Source: Candidatus Cloacimonadota bacterium
GTDB taxonomy: Bacteria; Cloacimonadota; Cloacimonadia; Cloacimonadales; WRIO01
Length of the DNA: 13,566 nt
Reading direction: 5' to 3'
Assembly: GCA_029564175.1 (NCBI GenBank)
Contig: JAKQQL010000227.1
Coordinates: forward strand, 1-13,566
A program made the position numbers and the translations under genes. Of this stretch, positions 5,601-13,566 are shown one piece after another. The notes under the pieces are model-generated. The model had not been told where the DNA came from. It did not search any database and was given only the letters and a program-made list of their open reading frames with translations. Positions within the stretch are counted from its first letter, which is position 1. Each line of letters starts with the position of its first letter.

Positions 5601-7958
5601 ATGAATAAAAAATCACTTTCTGAGCGGGACATTTGCACAAAATTCATTACTCCTGCCATTATCAAGGCAGGCTGGGACAGAGACAGACAATTTCTGGAAG
5701 AAGTTTCCTTCACGGATGGGAAAATATACGTTAAAGGCAAGTTAGCTGCTCGTGGAGCAAAAAAACGTGCTGATTACATACTTTACTTTAAGCCTAACAT
5801 CCCAATAGCCGTAATTGAAGCCAAAGACAATAACCATTCCGTAAGAGCAGGGATACAACAGGCACTGGATTATGCTCAATGTCTGGATGTGCCTTTTGTT
5901 TTTTCTTCAAACGGTGACGGTTTCATTTTCCATGATAAAACTGCAAAAGACGTCCCACTTGAAATAGAACTCTCACTTGATGAGTTCCCATCACCTCAAC
6001 AACTATGGGCGAAATATAAGGTGTTTAAAGGCATCACAGAGCCTGAAAATGAAAGAATAACCTCTCAGGATTACTATTTTGATGGCTCAGGACGTAGACC
6101 AAGATATTATCAACAAATTGCCATAAATCGTACAATAGAAGCCATTGCCAAGGGACAAAACAGAATTTTGATAACAATGGCTACAGGAACTGGCAAAACT
6201 TACGTTGCCTTTCAGATTGCATACAGACTATGGAAGGCAGGTGTTAAGAAACGGATATTATTTCTGGCTGACAGAAATGCTCTCATCGACCAAGCGAATA
6301 GAAATGACTTTAAGCATTTCGGTGATAAAAAAACAGTGGTTAAAAACCGCAGAGTAGATAAATCTTATGAAGTTTATCTGGCAATTTATCAGGGAATATC
6401 TGGCAGTGAAGAAGAAAAGAATATATATAAGCAATTCACTCGTGGTTTTTTTGATTTAATAATAATTGACGAATGCCATCGAGGTTCTGCCAGAGACGAT
6501 AGTGCATGGCATGATATTTTAAAATACTTCAATAAGGCTACTCACATCGGCTTAACTGCCACTCCAAAGGAAACAAAAGCCGTAAGCAATATTGAGTACT
6601 TCGGTGAACCGATTTATACATATTCACTCCGACAGGGTATTGAGGATGGATTTCTTGCCCCTTACAAGGTAATAAGGGTTGGAATAAATGTTGATTTGGA
6701 AGGATGGAGACCTGAGCGTGGGAAGACTGACAAAGAAGGGTATTTGGTGGCAGACAGAATGTATAACGTTACAGATTACGACCGAACGTTGGTAATAGAT
6801 GAACGCACTCAGATTGTCGCAAAGAAACTAACTGAATTCCTGAAAGGTTACGATAGATTTGCCAAAACTATTGTCTTCTGTGTTGATATCGACCATGCCC
6901 AGAGGATGCGTTCTGCTTTGGTGAATGAAAATCCTGATTTAGTAGCCGAGAATTCAAAATATGTGATGCAAATAACTGGCGATAATGAAGAAGGCAAACG
7001 TGAACTTGACAATTTTACTGACCCTGAGCAGAAGTATCCAGTAATTGCTACAACATCAGAACTGATGACCACTGGTATTGATGCTATCACCTGTAAAGTA
7101 ATTGTTTTGGATGCCAATATCGCTTCTATGACCAAATTCAAGCAAATCATTGGTCGTGGAACAAGAATAAATGAGGATTACGACAAAAAATACTTCACAA
7201 TTATTGATTTCAGGAATGCCACAGACCTGTTCGCTGACCCAGATTTTGATGGAGAGCCAATTCAAATTAAAGAAGTGTCAAATGATGTTGACATCACTGA
7301 TATTGAGCTGCCAGATGTTGATTTCCCTCCTGATGTTGAGTTGCAACCAGAACCACCTCTGCCACCTGATGAGCTATCAGAACCACCACATACAAGACTG
7401 AAGGTTTATGTAAACGGGGTGGATGTTTCTATTTTGATAAGCCGTGAACTTTACTTTGACCATCATGGTAAGCTGATTACAACAAGCCTGAAAGACCATA
7501 CCAGAGAAATCATCAGGGGGCAGTTTGCTTCATTGGATGATTTTATTAGTAAATGGAACTCTTCCGACAAAAAAACGGTTTTGATTGAAGAACTTAAACA
7601 GCAAGGAATATTAGTTGAAGCATTGTATAAAGCCGTTAATAAGGAGCTGGATTTATTTGATTTGATATGCCATGTTGCGTATGACCAACCGCCACTTACA
7701 AGAAAAGAACGAGCGGAAAATGTCAAGAAACGTAACTACTTTACCAAATATAGTGAACAGGCAAGAAAGGTTATAGAAAACCTTTTGGACAAATATGCAG
7801 ACGAAGGGATTGATGATATTGAAAGTATGGAAGTTTTAAAGGTGAAGCCATTCACGAATTTTGGGTCACCAGTGGAAATTATTAGGGCATTTGGCAACAA
7901 GAATATCTATTTACAGGCAATAAATGAATTAGAGAAAGCATTATATCAATCTGCATAA
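5601..7958 (+). CDS. hsdR: Type I restriction enzyme R subunit (EcoAI/EcoEI, type IB-like)
   Basis: 785 aa. N-terminal SERDICTKFITPAI, nuclease ADY...IEAK, Walker A MATGTGKT, DECH, LTATP, QIIGRGTR, and an EcoEI-R-like C-terminus (DLFDLICHVAYDQPPLTRKERA). Confidence 0.96.
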   Translation: MNKKSLSERDICTKFITPAIIKAGWDRDRQFLEEVSFTDGKIYVKGKLAARGAKKRADYILYFKPNIPIAVIEAKDNNHSVRAGIQQALDYAQCLDVPFVFSSNGDGFIFHDKTAKDVPLEIELSLDEFPSPQQLWAKYKVFKGITEPENERITSQDYYFDGSGRRPRYYQQIAINRTIEAIAKGQNRILITMATGTGKTYVAFQIAYRLWKAGVKKRILFLADRNALIDQANRNDFKHFGDKKTVVKNRRVDKSYEVYLAIYQGISGSEEEKNIYKQFTRGFFDLIIIDECHRGSARDDSAWHDILKYFNKATHIGLTATPKETKAVSNIEYFGEPIYTYSLRQGIEDGFLAPYKVIRVGINVDLEGWRPERGKTDKEGYLVADRMYNVTDYDRTLVIDERTQIVAKKLTEFLKGYDRFAKTIVFCVDIDHAQRMRSALVNENPDLVAENSKYVMQITGDNEEGKRELDNFTDPEQKYPVIATTSELMTTGIDAITCKVIVLDANIASMTKFKQIIGRGTRINEDYDKKYFTIIDFRNATDLFADPDFDGEPIQIKEVSNDVDITDIELPDVDFPPDVELQPEPPLPPDELSEPPHTRLKVYVNGVDVSILISRELYFDHHGKLITTSLKDHTREIIRGQFASLDDFISKWNSSDKKTVLIEELKQQGILVEALYKAVNKELDLFDLICHVAYDQPPLTRKERAENVKKRNYFTKYSEQARKVIENLLDKYADEGIDDIESMEVLKVKPFTNFGSPVEIIRAFGNKNIYLQAINELEKALYQSA

Positions 7959-7978
7959 TTAACAAATCGGCAATCAGT

Positions 7979-9127
7979 ATGGCAATTAACCTTAGGTCTA
8001 TTCAAAAAATAAGGAAGCAACCTATATTTTTCCTATCTCTTAGCTCAAAAGAGCTTTTCCATAGTAATTTTATAATGTGGCTGAGTACAATCCCCAATGG
8101 ACTTAAAATACTTCGAGATGTTTTTAATGTCAATGATTTAAAGTCCTTTAGACGAGAGATTTGTGGGTCGGAAATAACTGACATCTATGGAAAAAAGAAA
8201 AGACCTAAAGCCGATTTGGTTGGTTATAATAAAGATGAGCAGATTGTATTGGTAGTTGAAAATAAAGTAAAAGACATTCCAAATGAAAAGCAGATTAATG
8301 ATTTAATTCAGTCTTTTAAAAAGAAGACAGGGCGTGATAACATTAAGTATACTATCCTATCTTTCTTTAAACCCACTTTCAAGTACAAAAATTATTCAAC
8401 CTATTTATCTTACTCTGATTTTGCTAAGGCATTAAAATCAAACATTGCCATTTTTAAGAATAATTACTTCTCAGAGTTGATAAATGACTATATTAAACTT
8501 ATCGTTGGGTTGCAGAAAGTGATGACTTCCTATACTATTACTGGTAACTATGATTTTGCATTAAGTTCTAATGAAGAGCTAAAGAATGTTTTAAATGAAA
8601 TTAAACTTTGGGAAAATTATCAGCGTGTTGTTGGGGAAAAATTTCGAAATAAGGTAATGAAATCTTTGGAGAATGAAAATAAATTTAAATCTCTTGGTTC
8701 TAATTTAAGTATAAATCATCAGAAGGCGACTATTAATTTCTTTTTTGATTGGAAAGATTTCCAAATTGGCGTTCAAATAGAGGATAACCAATTCAGACGT
8801 TTTATCTATGGGACTAACATTGATGAAAATGTTGTGATGGCTCTTAAAAAAGAAGAAAAATGGTTCTCAGGTGAATATGATGTTATAAGAAAAAAGAAAA
8901 GAAAATCAGAAGATAAGGAAAAGGAAGAAGATGAGATATTTCCGTTTGGGTCATATAATATGAGGGATAAAGGAAAATTTTTCTATCAGTACAGCTTAGA
9001 TTTCCATAAAAATTGCGTAATGGATTTTGATAAAATTCTTAGTATCATTAAAAAATCGTTGGACTACCTACTAAACAAACAAAACCAAAAAGACATTAAA
9101 TCAATTGTTTTAAAAATAAGGAAATAA
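7979..9127 (+). CDS. PD-(D/E)XK-superfamily nuclease-like protein inserted in the hsd operon
   Basis: 382 aa. SSKELFHSNFIMWL...RE...KADL...VVENKVK...Q is a PD-(D/E)XK_4-like signature. Visibly more AT-rich than the flanking hsd genes. Confidence 0.8.
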   Translation: MAINLRSIQKIRKQPIFFLSLSSKELFHSNFIMWLSTIPNGLKILRDVFNVNDLKSFRREICGSEITDIYGKKKRPKADLVGYNKDEQIVLVVENKVKDIPNEKQINDLIQSFKKKTGRDNIKYTILSFFKPTFKYKNYSTYLSYSDFAKALKSNIAIFKNNYFSELINDYIKLIVGLQKVMTSYTITGNYDFALSSNEELKNVLNEIKLWENYQRVVGEKFRNKVMKSLENENKFKSLGSNLSINHQKATINFFFDWKDFQIGVQIEDNQFRRFIYGTNIDENVVMALKKEEKWFSGEYDVIRKKKRKSEDKEKEEDEIFPFGSYNMRDKGKFFYQYSLDFHKNCVMDFDKILSIIKKSLDYLLNKQNQKDIKSIVLKIRK

Positions 9128-9129
9128 AA

Positions 9130-10566
9130 ATGACTAACATTTCAGGTATAATAAAAAGCATCAGGGACATAATGTGGCAAGACATTGGTTTGAATGGTGA
9201 TGCCCAAAGAATTGAGCAGCTTGGTTGGATGCTATTTTTAAAAATATTCTCAGATAAAGACAGGGAACTTGAATTATTGAATGACAAATATAAATCACCT
9301 ATTCCACCAGAATTTCACTGGATAAAAGAAAAAGGTAATTGGGCAGGAGATGATGAAGGAATAACGGGAGATGAACTCCTTGCATTTGTTGACCAGAAAT
9401 TGTTTCCAGCCATGAGGAATATCGATATAAGCATTGGAAATGGCAGAGCATTAATTGTTCGTGAAGTCTTCACGGGCAACAATAATTATATGAAAAGCGG
9501 AATTAACATCCGCAAAGTATTGAATAAACTCAATGAACTGGATTTCAATATTGCAAAGGAACGCCATGCTTTCGGTGAAATCTATGAAGGTATCCTTAAA
9601 GACCTTCAAAGTGCTGGGAAATCTGGGGAATATTATACACCAAGGGCAATTACAAATTTCATAACAAATATGATAAGTCCTAAACTTGGAGAACGAATAC
9701 TTGACCCAAGTTGCGGAACAGGTGGTTATCTCACCTCAGCCATCGAACATTTGAAAAAACAAGCCAACAGTGTTGAAGAAAGACAGAGCATTCAGGAAAA
9801 TGTTATGGGGTGGGAATATAAACCGCTTCCATACCTGCTTGCAACAACAAACCTCATTTTGCACGATATTGAATTGCCAAGAATAGTATTTAGGGATAGT
9901 CTCGACAGACCCCTTAGCAGTTACAAAGACAAAGACCGAGTGGATGTAATATTGGCTAACCCCCCATTTGGTGGTATTGTAGCAAATAACAATGAAAAGA
10001 ACTTCCCACAGAATTTCCGAACCAAAGAAAGTGCCGACCTTTTTCTGGTATTAATGATACATCTGCTTAAAAATGGTGGAAGGGCAGGTATCGTACTTCC
10101 TGATGGGTCGTTAACTGGTGAAGGTATTAAACAGAGGGTAAGACAGAAGTTATTAGAAGAATGTAACTTACATACTATAATACGACTTCCAAATTCAGTA
10201 TTTCAACCATATGCAACTGTTGCTACAAATCTATTATTCTTCGTGAAAGGGACACCGACCAAAGAAATATGGTATTACGAACACAGATTGCCTGAAGGTC
10301 AGAAATCATACAGCAAAACTAAACCCATTCGATTGGAAGAGTTTAATCCAATAAGGGAGTGGTGGAACAATAGGCGGGAAAACGAGGTCGCTTGGAAGGT
10401 CGACATCAAGACCATCATCGACAGGAGATATGACCTCGATATTAAGAACCCAAATAAACAAGAAGAGAAACATGAATATACCAGTGCAAAATTGATTGAA
10501 ATGTTGAGGAAATCGATGCAAAAGAGCAATGATTTGTTAACCCAACTTAAATCTGAATTGGAATGA
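9130..10566 (+). CDS. hsdM: Type I R-M methyltransferase subunit (m6A)
   Basis: 478 aa with GEYYTPR, ILDPSCGTGGYL (motif I), ILANPPFGG (motif IV) and IIRLPNSVF. Confidence 0.96.
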   Translation: MTNISGIIKSIRDIMWQDIGLNGDAQRIEQLGWMLFLKIFSDKDRELELLNDKYKSPIPPEFHWIKEKGNWAGDDEGITGDELLAFVDQKLFPAMRNIDISIGNGRALIVREVFTGNNNYMKSGINIRKVLNKLNELDFNIAKERHAFGEIYEGILKDLQSAGKSGEYYTPRAITNFITNMISPKLGERILDPSCGTGGYLTSAIEHLKKQANSVEERQSIQENVMGWEYKPLPYLLATTNLILHDIELPRIVFRDSLDRPLSSYKDKDRVDVILANPPFGGIVANNNEKNFPQNFRTKESADLFLVLMIHLLKNGGRAGIVLPDGSLTGEGIKQRVRQKLLEECNLHTIIRLPNSVFQPYATVATNLLFFVKGTPTKEIWYYEHRLPEGQKSYSKTKPIRLEEFNPIREWWNNRRENEVAWKVDIKTIIDRRYDLDIKNPNKQEEKHEYTSAKLIEMLRKSMQKSNDLLTQLKSELE

Positions 10567-11888
10567 GTTGGAAGAAAGTAAAGATTGGTGATTTTTTAAA
10601 ACGCAGTAAAATTCCCGTTGATATTGAGGATAATCAATATTACAAAAGGGTAACTATTCGAACAAAACATCAAGGTGTTTCTCTTAGAGATGAGATAATT
10701 GGAAAGAAAATTGGTACTAAGAAACAATTCATTTTGAAAAAAGGGCAATTCGTTTTGTCAAAAATCGATGCTCGATATGGTGCTTTTGGAATAGCACCTA
10801 ATGAAACTGATGGTGCAATTATTACGGGTAATTTTTGGGCATATGATGTTGATAAAAGTATTATGAACATTAAATGGTTTAACCAATATACTAATTCACG
10901 TGTTTTTTATGATTTATGTGAAAGAGCAAGTTCTGGAATTACACATAGAAAGTATTTGAATGAGAATTTCTTTTTAAATCACGAACTAATAATTCCTAAA
11001 ATTGAAGAACAGGTTTCACATGTTCAATTCATTAAAAGTCGTAAAGAATTATTTGGTTATTTAGAGTATTCACAATCCCACCAACTCGACCTTCTCAAAA
11101 AGCTCCGCCAACAGATACTTCAGGATGCCATTCAGGGCAAATTAGTACCACAAGACCCCAATGATGAACCTGCCAGTGTGTTGCTGGAACGTATTAGGGC
11201 GGAAAAGGAAAAATTGTTTCGGGAGAAGAAAATCAAGAAAGAAAAAACACTGCCACCAATCAAGCCTGAAGAAATTCCGTTTGAAATACCTGAGAATTGG
11301 GTATGGTGTAGATTGGGAGATATTTGCACAAAGATTGGTTCAGGAAGTACGCCAAAAGGAAGTAATTATTCAATTAAAGGTTATCCATTCTTCCGTTCTC
11401 AAAATATTCATGATTATGGATTAGTTTACGATGACATTAAATTCATTAGTAATGAGGTGCAAAACCAAATGGCAGGAACAATTGTTGAGCCTTCGGATTT
11501 GCTGCTAAACATTACTGGAGGTTCACTTGGGAGATGTGCCTATGTGCCAAATGATTTTGTTGAAGGTAACGTTAGCCAGCATGTTTGCATTATTAGACCT
11601 ATATTTCAGGATAACTATTTTATTCATAAAGTTATATTGTCACCATATTTTCAAACTTTAGTATTTGAATCGACAACTGGTGCTGGAAGAGAAGGATTGC
11701 CAAAGTACAACCTTGAGAAATTTATTATTCCAATTCCATCAATTTCAGAACAATACCGCATTGCCACCAAAACAGAGCAACTCATGACACTATACGATGA
11801 ATTGGAGCAGTCAGTTCAGCAGAACCAGAAATATATACAGGAATTACTGCAAGTGGCTTTGAAAGAAGCATTAGAACCAAAGAGTTAA
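10563..11888 (+). CDS. hsdS: Type I R-M specificity subunit
   Basis: ATGA overlap with hsdM. Two TRDs are separated by the conserved LRQQILQDAIQGKLVPQDPNDEPASVLLERIRAEK...EEIPFEIPENWVWCRLGDI, and the protein ends with the IPIPSISEQYRI helix. Confidence 0.95.
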   Translation: MSWKKVKIGDFLKRSKIPVDIEDNQYYKRVTIRTKHQGVSLRDEIIGKKIGTKKQFILKKGQFVLSKIDARYGAFGIAPNETDGAIITGNFWAYDVDKSIMNIKWFNQYTNSRVFYDLCERASSGITHRKYLNENFFLNHELIIPKIEEQVSHVQFIKSRKELFGYLEYSQSHQLDLLKKLRQQILQDAIQGKLVPQDPNDEPASVLLERIRAEKEKLFREKKIKKEKTLPPIKPEEIPFEIPENWVWCRLGDICTKIGSGSTPKGSNYSIKGYPFFRSQNIHDYGLVYDDIKFISNEVQNQMAGTIVEPSDLLLNITGGSLGRCAYVPNDFVEGNVSQHVCIIRPIFQDNYFIHKVILSPYFQTLVFESTTGAGREGLPKYNLEKFIIPIPSISEQYRIATKTEQLMTLYDELEQSVQQNQKYIQELLQVALKEALEPKS

Positions 11889-11905
11889 CCTTTAATATTG
11901 ATTTA

Positions 11906-12730
11906 ATGATAAAGTTTTTAAAAGCATTTGAATTAAACACTGAAATTGAAAAACTTTTACGTGAAGCGAAAAGCAATCTTTGGTTAATTTCTCCATACAT
12001 CAAGTTACATCATCGATATAAAGATGTATTGAAGACCCAAATGCATAATGATAAATTGGAGTTAATCCTTGTCTTTGGTAAAAATGATACCAATATGCAG
12101 AAGTCCCTTCCAAAGGAAGAACTTGATTTCTTTATTCAGTTTCCTAATATTGAAATCCGATATGAAAAAAGACTGCATGCCAAATTTTATGTAAATGACT
12201 ATATGTCAATTTTAACCTCAATGAACCTTTATGATTTTTCACAGGATAATAATATTGAGGCAGGCATATTGCTTGAAACTCCAATAATTAGCTTAATCTC
12301 AGGCTCAAATTCTACAGAAAGTGAAGCAATAAGCTACTTCGAAGAAGTAATAGAAAACAGTGAACTATTATTTAAAAAAGAACCTCAATATTCATCGGGC
12401 GTTTTCGGTATTGGAAAGAGGTATGAGAAATCGATAGTAGTTGAAAATAAGATTGAAAATGTAGCAAAAATCAAAAAAGAAGTAAAGTTACATGTTAAAC
12501 AAGAAGATGGATTTTGCATAAAATGCGGAAAAGAAATTCCTTTGAAACCAACAGCTCCTTATTGTCGAGATTGTTATGCTAATTGGAAGAAAGTAAGTGA
12601 CAAAAAGCATCAAGAAAAGTATTGCCATATATGTGGCACTCAAAATAAATCTTCTCTATCGTTTCCTGCATGTTTTAGCTGTTATAGAAGAGAAAAACAA
12701 AAACTGGAATTTCCAGTAAGCAAAACATAA
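11906..12730 (+). CDS. Single-HKD phospholipase D/nuclease-family protein with Cys-rich C-terminal (putative zinc-binding) domain
   Basis: ISPY, HAKFYVND (HxK-x4-D), TSMNL and NIEAG motifs. The C-terminus has CIKC, CRDC, CHIC and CFSC. Confidence 0.88.
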   Translation: MIKFLKAFELNTEIEKLLREAKSNLWLISPYIKLHHRYKDVLKTQMHNDKLELILVFGKNDTNMQKSLPKEELDFFIQFPNIEIRYEKRLHAKFYVNDYMSILTSMNLYDFSQDNNIEAGILLETPIISLISGSNSTESEAISYFEEVIENSELLFKKEPQYSSGVFGIGKRYEKSIVVENKIENVAKIKKEVKLHVKQEDGFCIKCGKEIPLKPTAPYCRDCYANWKKVSDKKHQEKYCHICGTQNKSSLSFPACFSCYRREKQKLEFPVSKT

Positions 12731-12804
12731 TTTTTAACAACTACATGTCTACTTAATAGTATTCCTGAAGAAAGAAGAAAATATAATTAAAAAACTCTAA
12801 TATT

Positions 12805-13221
12805 ATGAAATCATGGACATCTCACATAATCACATTTATTTCTGGACTATCGGTTGGCGTATTAGGAAATTATTTTGCCACTCGACTTGCTGATAAAGCA
12901 AAAAACAAGGATGCTATTATTAAAAAAAAGAAGTCATTTGAAAAAATAGAAATGATGATGCCAGAATTAATAAAGGAAATGAGAGATGACATATCCTCAG
13001 AGGATATGAAAAAATGCAAAGAATTCATCATTCTACCAACCAAAGGAACTGTTTTTAATTCAAATGAACCGCTTTTTTCATATTTCGAGAGTGAGCACCA
13101 GTACCTGCGTAGCAATATTAGAGTGCTTGAAGAAAATGGGTTTGTTATTGACATTACAAATACGAATACTCCTCGCTATCAATTTGATGAAGATTTTTTG
13201 TCGATGCTATTGAAAAAATAA
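12805..13221 (+). CDS. Hypothetical protein with a single N-terminal transmembrane helix
   Basis: 138 aa. Hydrophobic IITFISGLSVGVLGNYFA is followed by a Lys-rich stretch and a soluble domain. A-rich leader, co-oriented with the operon. Confidence 0.75.
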   Translation: MKSWTSHIITFISGLSVGVLGNYFATRLADKAKNKDAIIKKKKSFEKIEMMMPELIKEMRDDISSEDMKKCKEFIILPTKGTVFNSNEPLFSYFESEHQYLRSNIRVLEENGFVIDITNTNTPRYQFDEDFLSMLLKK

Positions 13222-13256
13222 TATCATGAACTCAGTCTTTTTCAATCATTCATTAA

Positions 13257-13425
13257 ATGTGCATTTCAGATTTAATCCACTTCCTTGACGAACAAGGAAA
13301 TATTCCCAAACAGATGCCAAAAGAGGCCAGAGAACTTGCAAGTCTTTGCTCTGGCAAATTGACACAACTACGAAGATTTAACCAACCAAATCATTTCTAT
13401 CGATATCAGGTGCTTTGAAAAGGGA
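13257..13425 (+). pseudogene. Possible degraded gene fragment abutting the inverted repeat
   Basis: ATG 13257 opens 53 codons (MCISDLIHFLDEQGNIPKQMPKEARELAS...) ending at TGA 13418. A second frame reads IDIRCFEKGYQG into the repeat junction, which suggests a frameshifted, truncated gene. Not verifiable without a search. Confidence 0.3.
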
Positions 13426-13566
13426 TATCAGGGAACGGACAATTGAAGGTCTAAAAAGGGCAAAGATGCAGGGCAAGAAGGCTGGGAGACCCAAAGGGTC
13501 GAAAGATACCAAGAAGCGGAAGAAATCAGGTTACATACTTCGGGAAGCGAAGAAGCGCAAAATGCT
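13426..13566 (+). repeat. Right copy of the 141-bp inverted repeat, a 5'-truncated duplicate of the recombinase 3' end
   Basis: Encodes IRERTIEGLKRAKMQGKKAGRPKGS... from 13427. The frame is closed upstream by TAA 13379-13381 with no ATG in between, so the catalytic domain is absent. Confidence 0.95.

Larger units (their letters stand above)
1..13566. mobile_element. Putative integrative/plasmid-like element carrying a defence island
   Basis: Serine recombinase, RHH + Rep-like gene with iterons, several HTH regulators and type I R-M with accessory nucleases. No housekeeping, virion or conjugation genes were recognised. True boundaries are not visible. Confidence 0.6.

Noticed and set aside
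7280..7390. Pro/Asp/Glu-rich quasi-repeats in hsdR (ELPDVDFPPDVELQPEPPLPP)
   Set aside because: Ordinary low-complexity linker between the helicase and C-terminal domains.
5601..12730. Calling the cluster DISARM, BREX or a phase-variable hsdS shufflon
   Set aside because: No DrmA/DrmB, PglZ/BrxC or duplicate hsdS cassettes are present. The helicase is a standard HsdR.
12811..12819. TCATGGACA matching half of the 787-804 operator
   Set aside because: A single half-site inside a coding region with no partner arm.
1825..13154. Short antisense or alternate-frame ORFs nested in the large genes (e.g. 2190-2612, 6848-7150, 7171-7401, 11161-11424, 12870-13154)
   Set aside because: They are shadows of well-supported genes and carry no recognisable motifs.

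Overview
AT-rich window, probably Bacteroidota (inferred from TAnnTTTG-like -7 boxes and no Shine-Dalgarno sites), that reads as an integrative or plasmid-like mobile element carrying a defence island. Left arm (1-5.1 kb): a small serine recombinase missed by the ORF track (518..<1, minus strand), two XRE-HTH regulators, a replication-initiator-type winged helix fused to a beta-class SPPY DNA methyltransferase, a structured intergenic leader, an RHH/CopG-like gene, a Rep-like gene containing palindromic iterons, and a SprT-like protease. Right arm (5.3-13.2 kb): XRE-HTH, an EcoAI/EcoEI-like type I R-M system (hsdR, inserted PD-(D/E)XK nuclease, hsdM, hsdS), an HKD/PLD protein with four CxxC pairs, and a single-TM protein. 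The first 141 nt are the exact reverse complement of the last 141 nt. This duplicates the recombinase 3' end in inverted orientation, so the island may be invertible. However, 141 is also MEGAHIT's default maximum k, so the repeat length is probably set by assembly. All calls come from reading motifs by eye; no searches were run.
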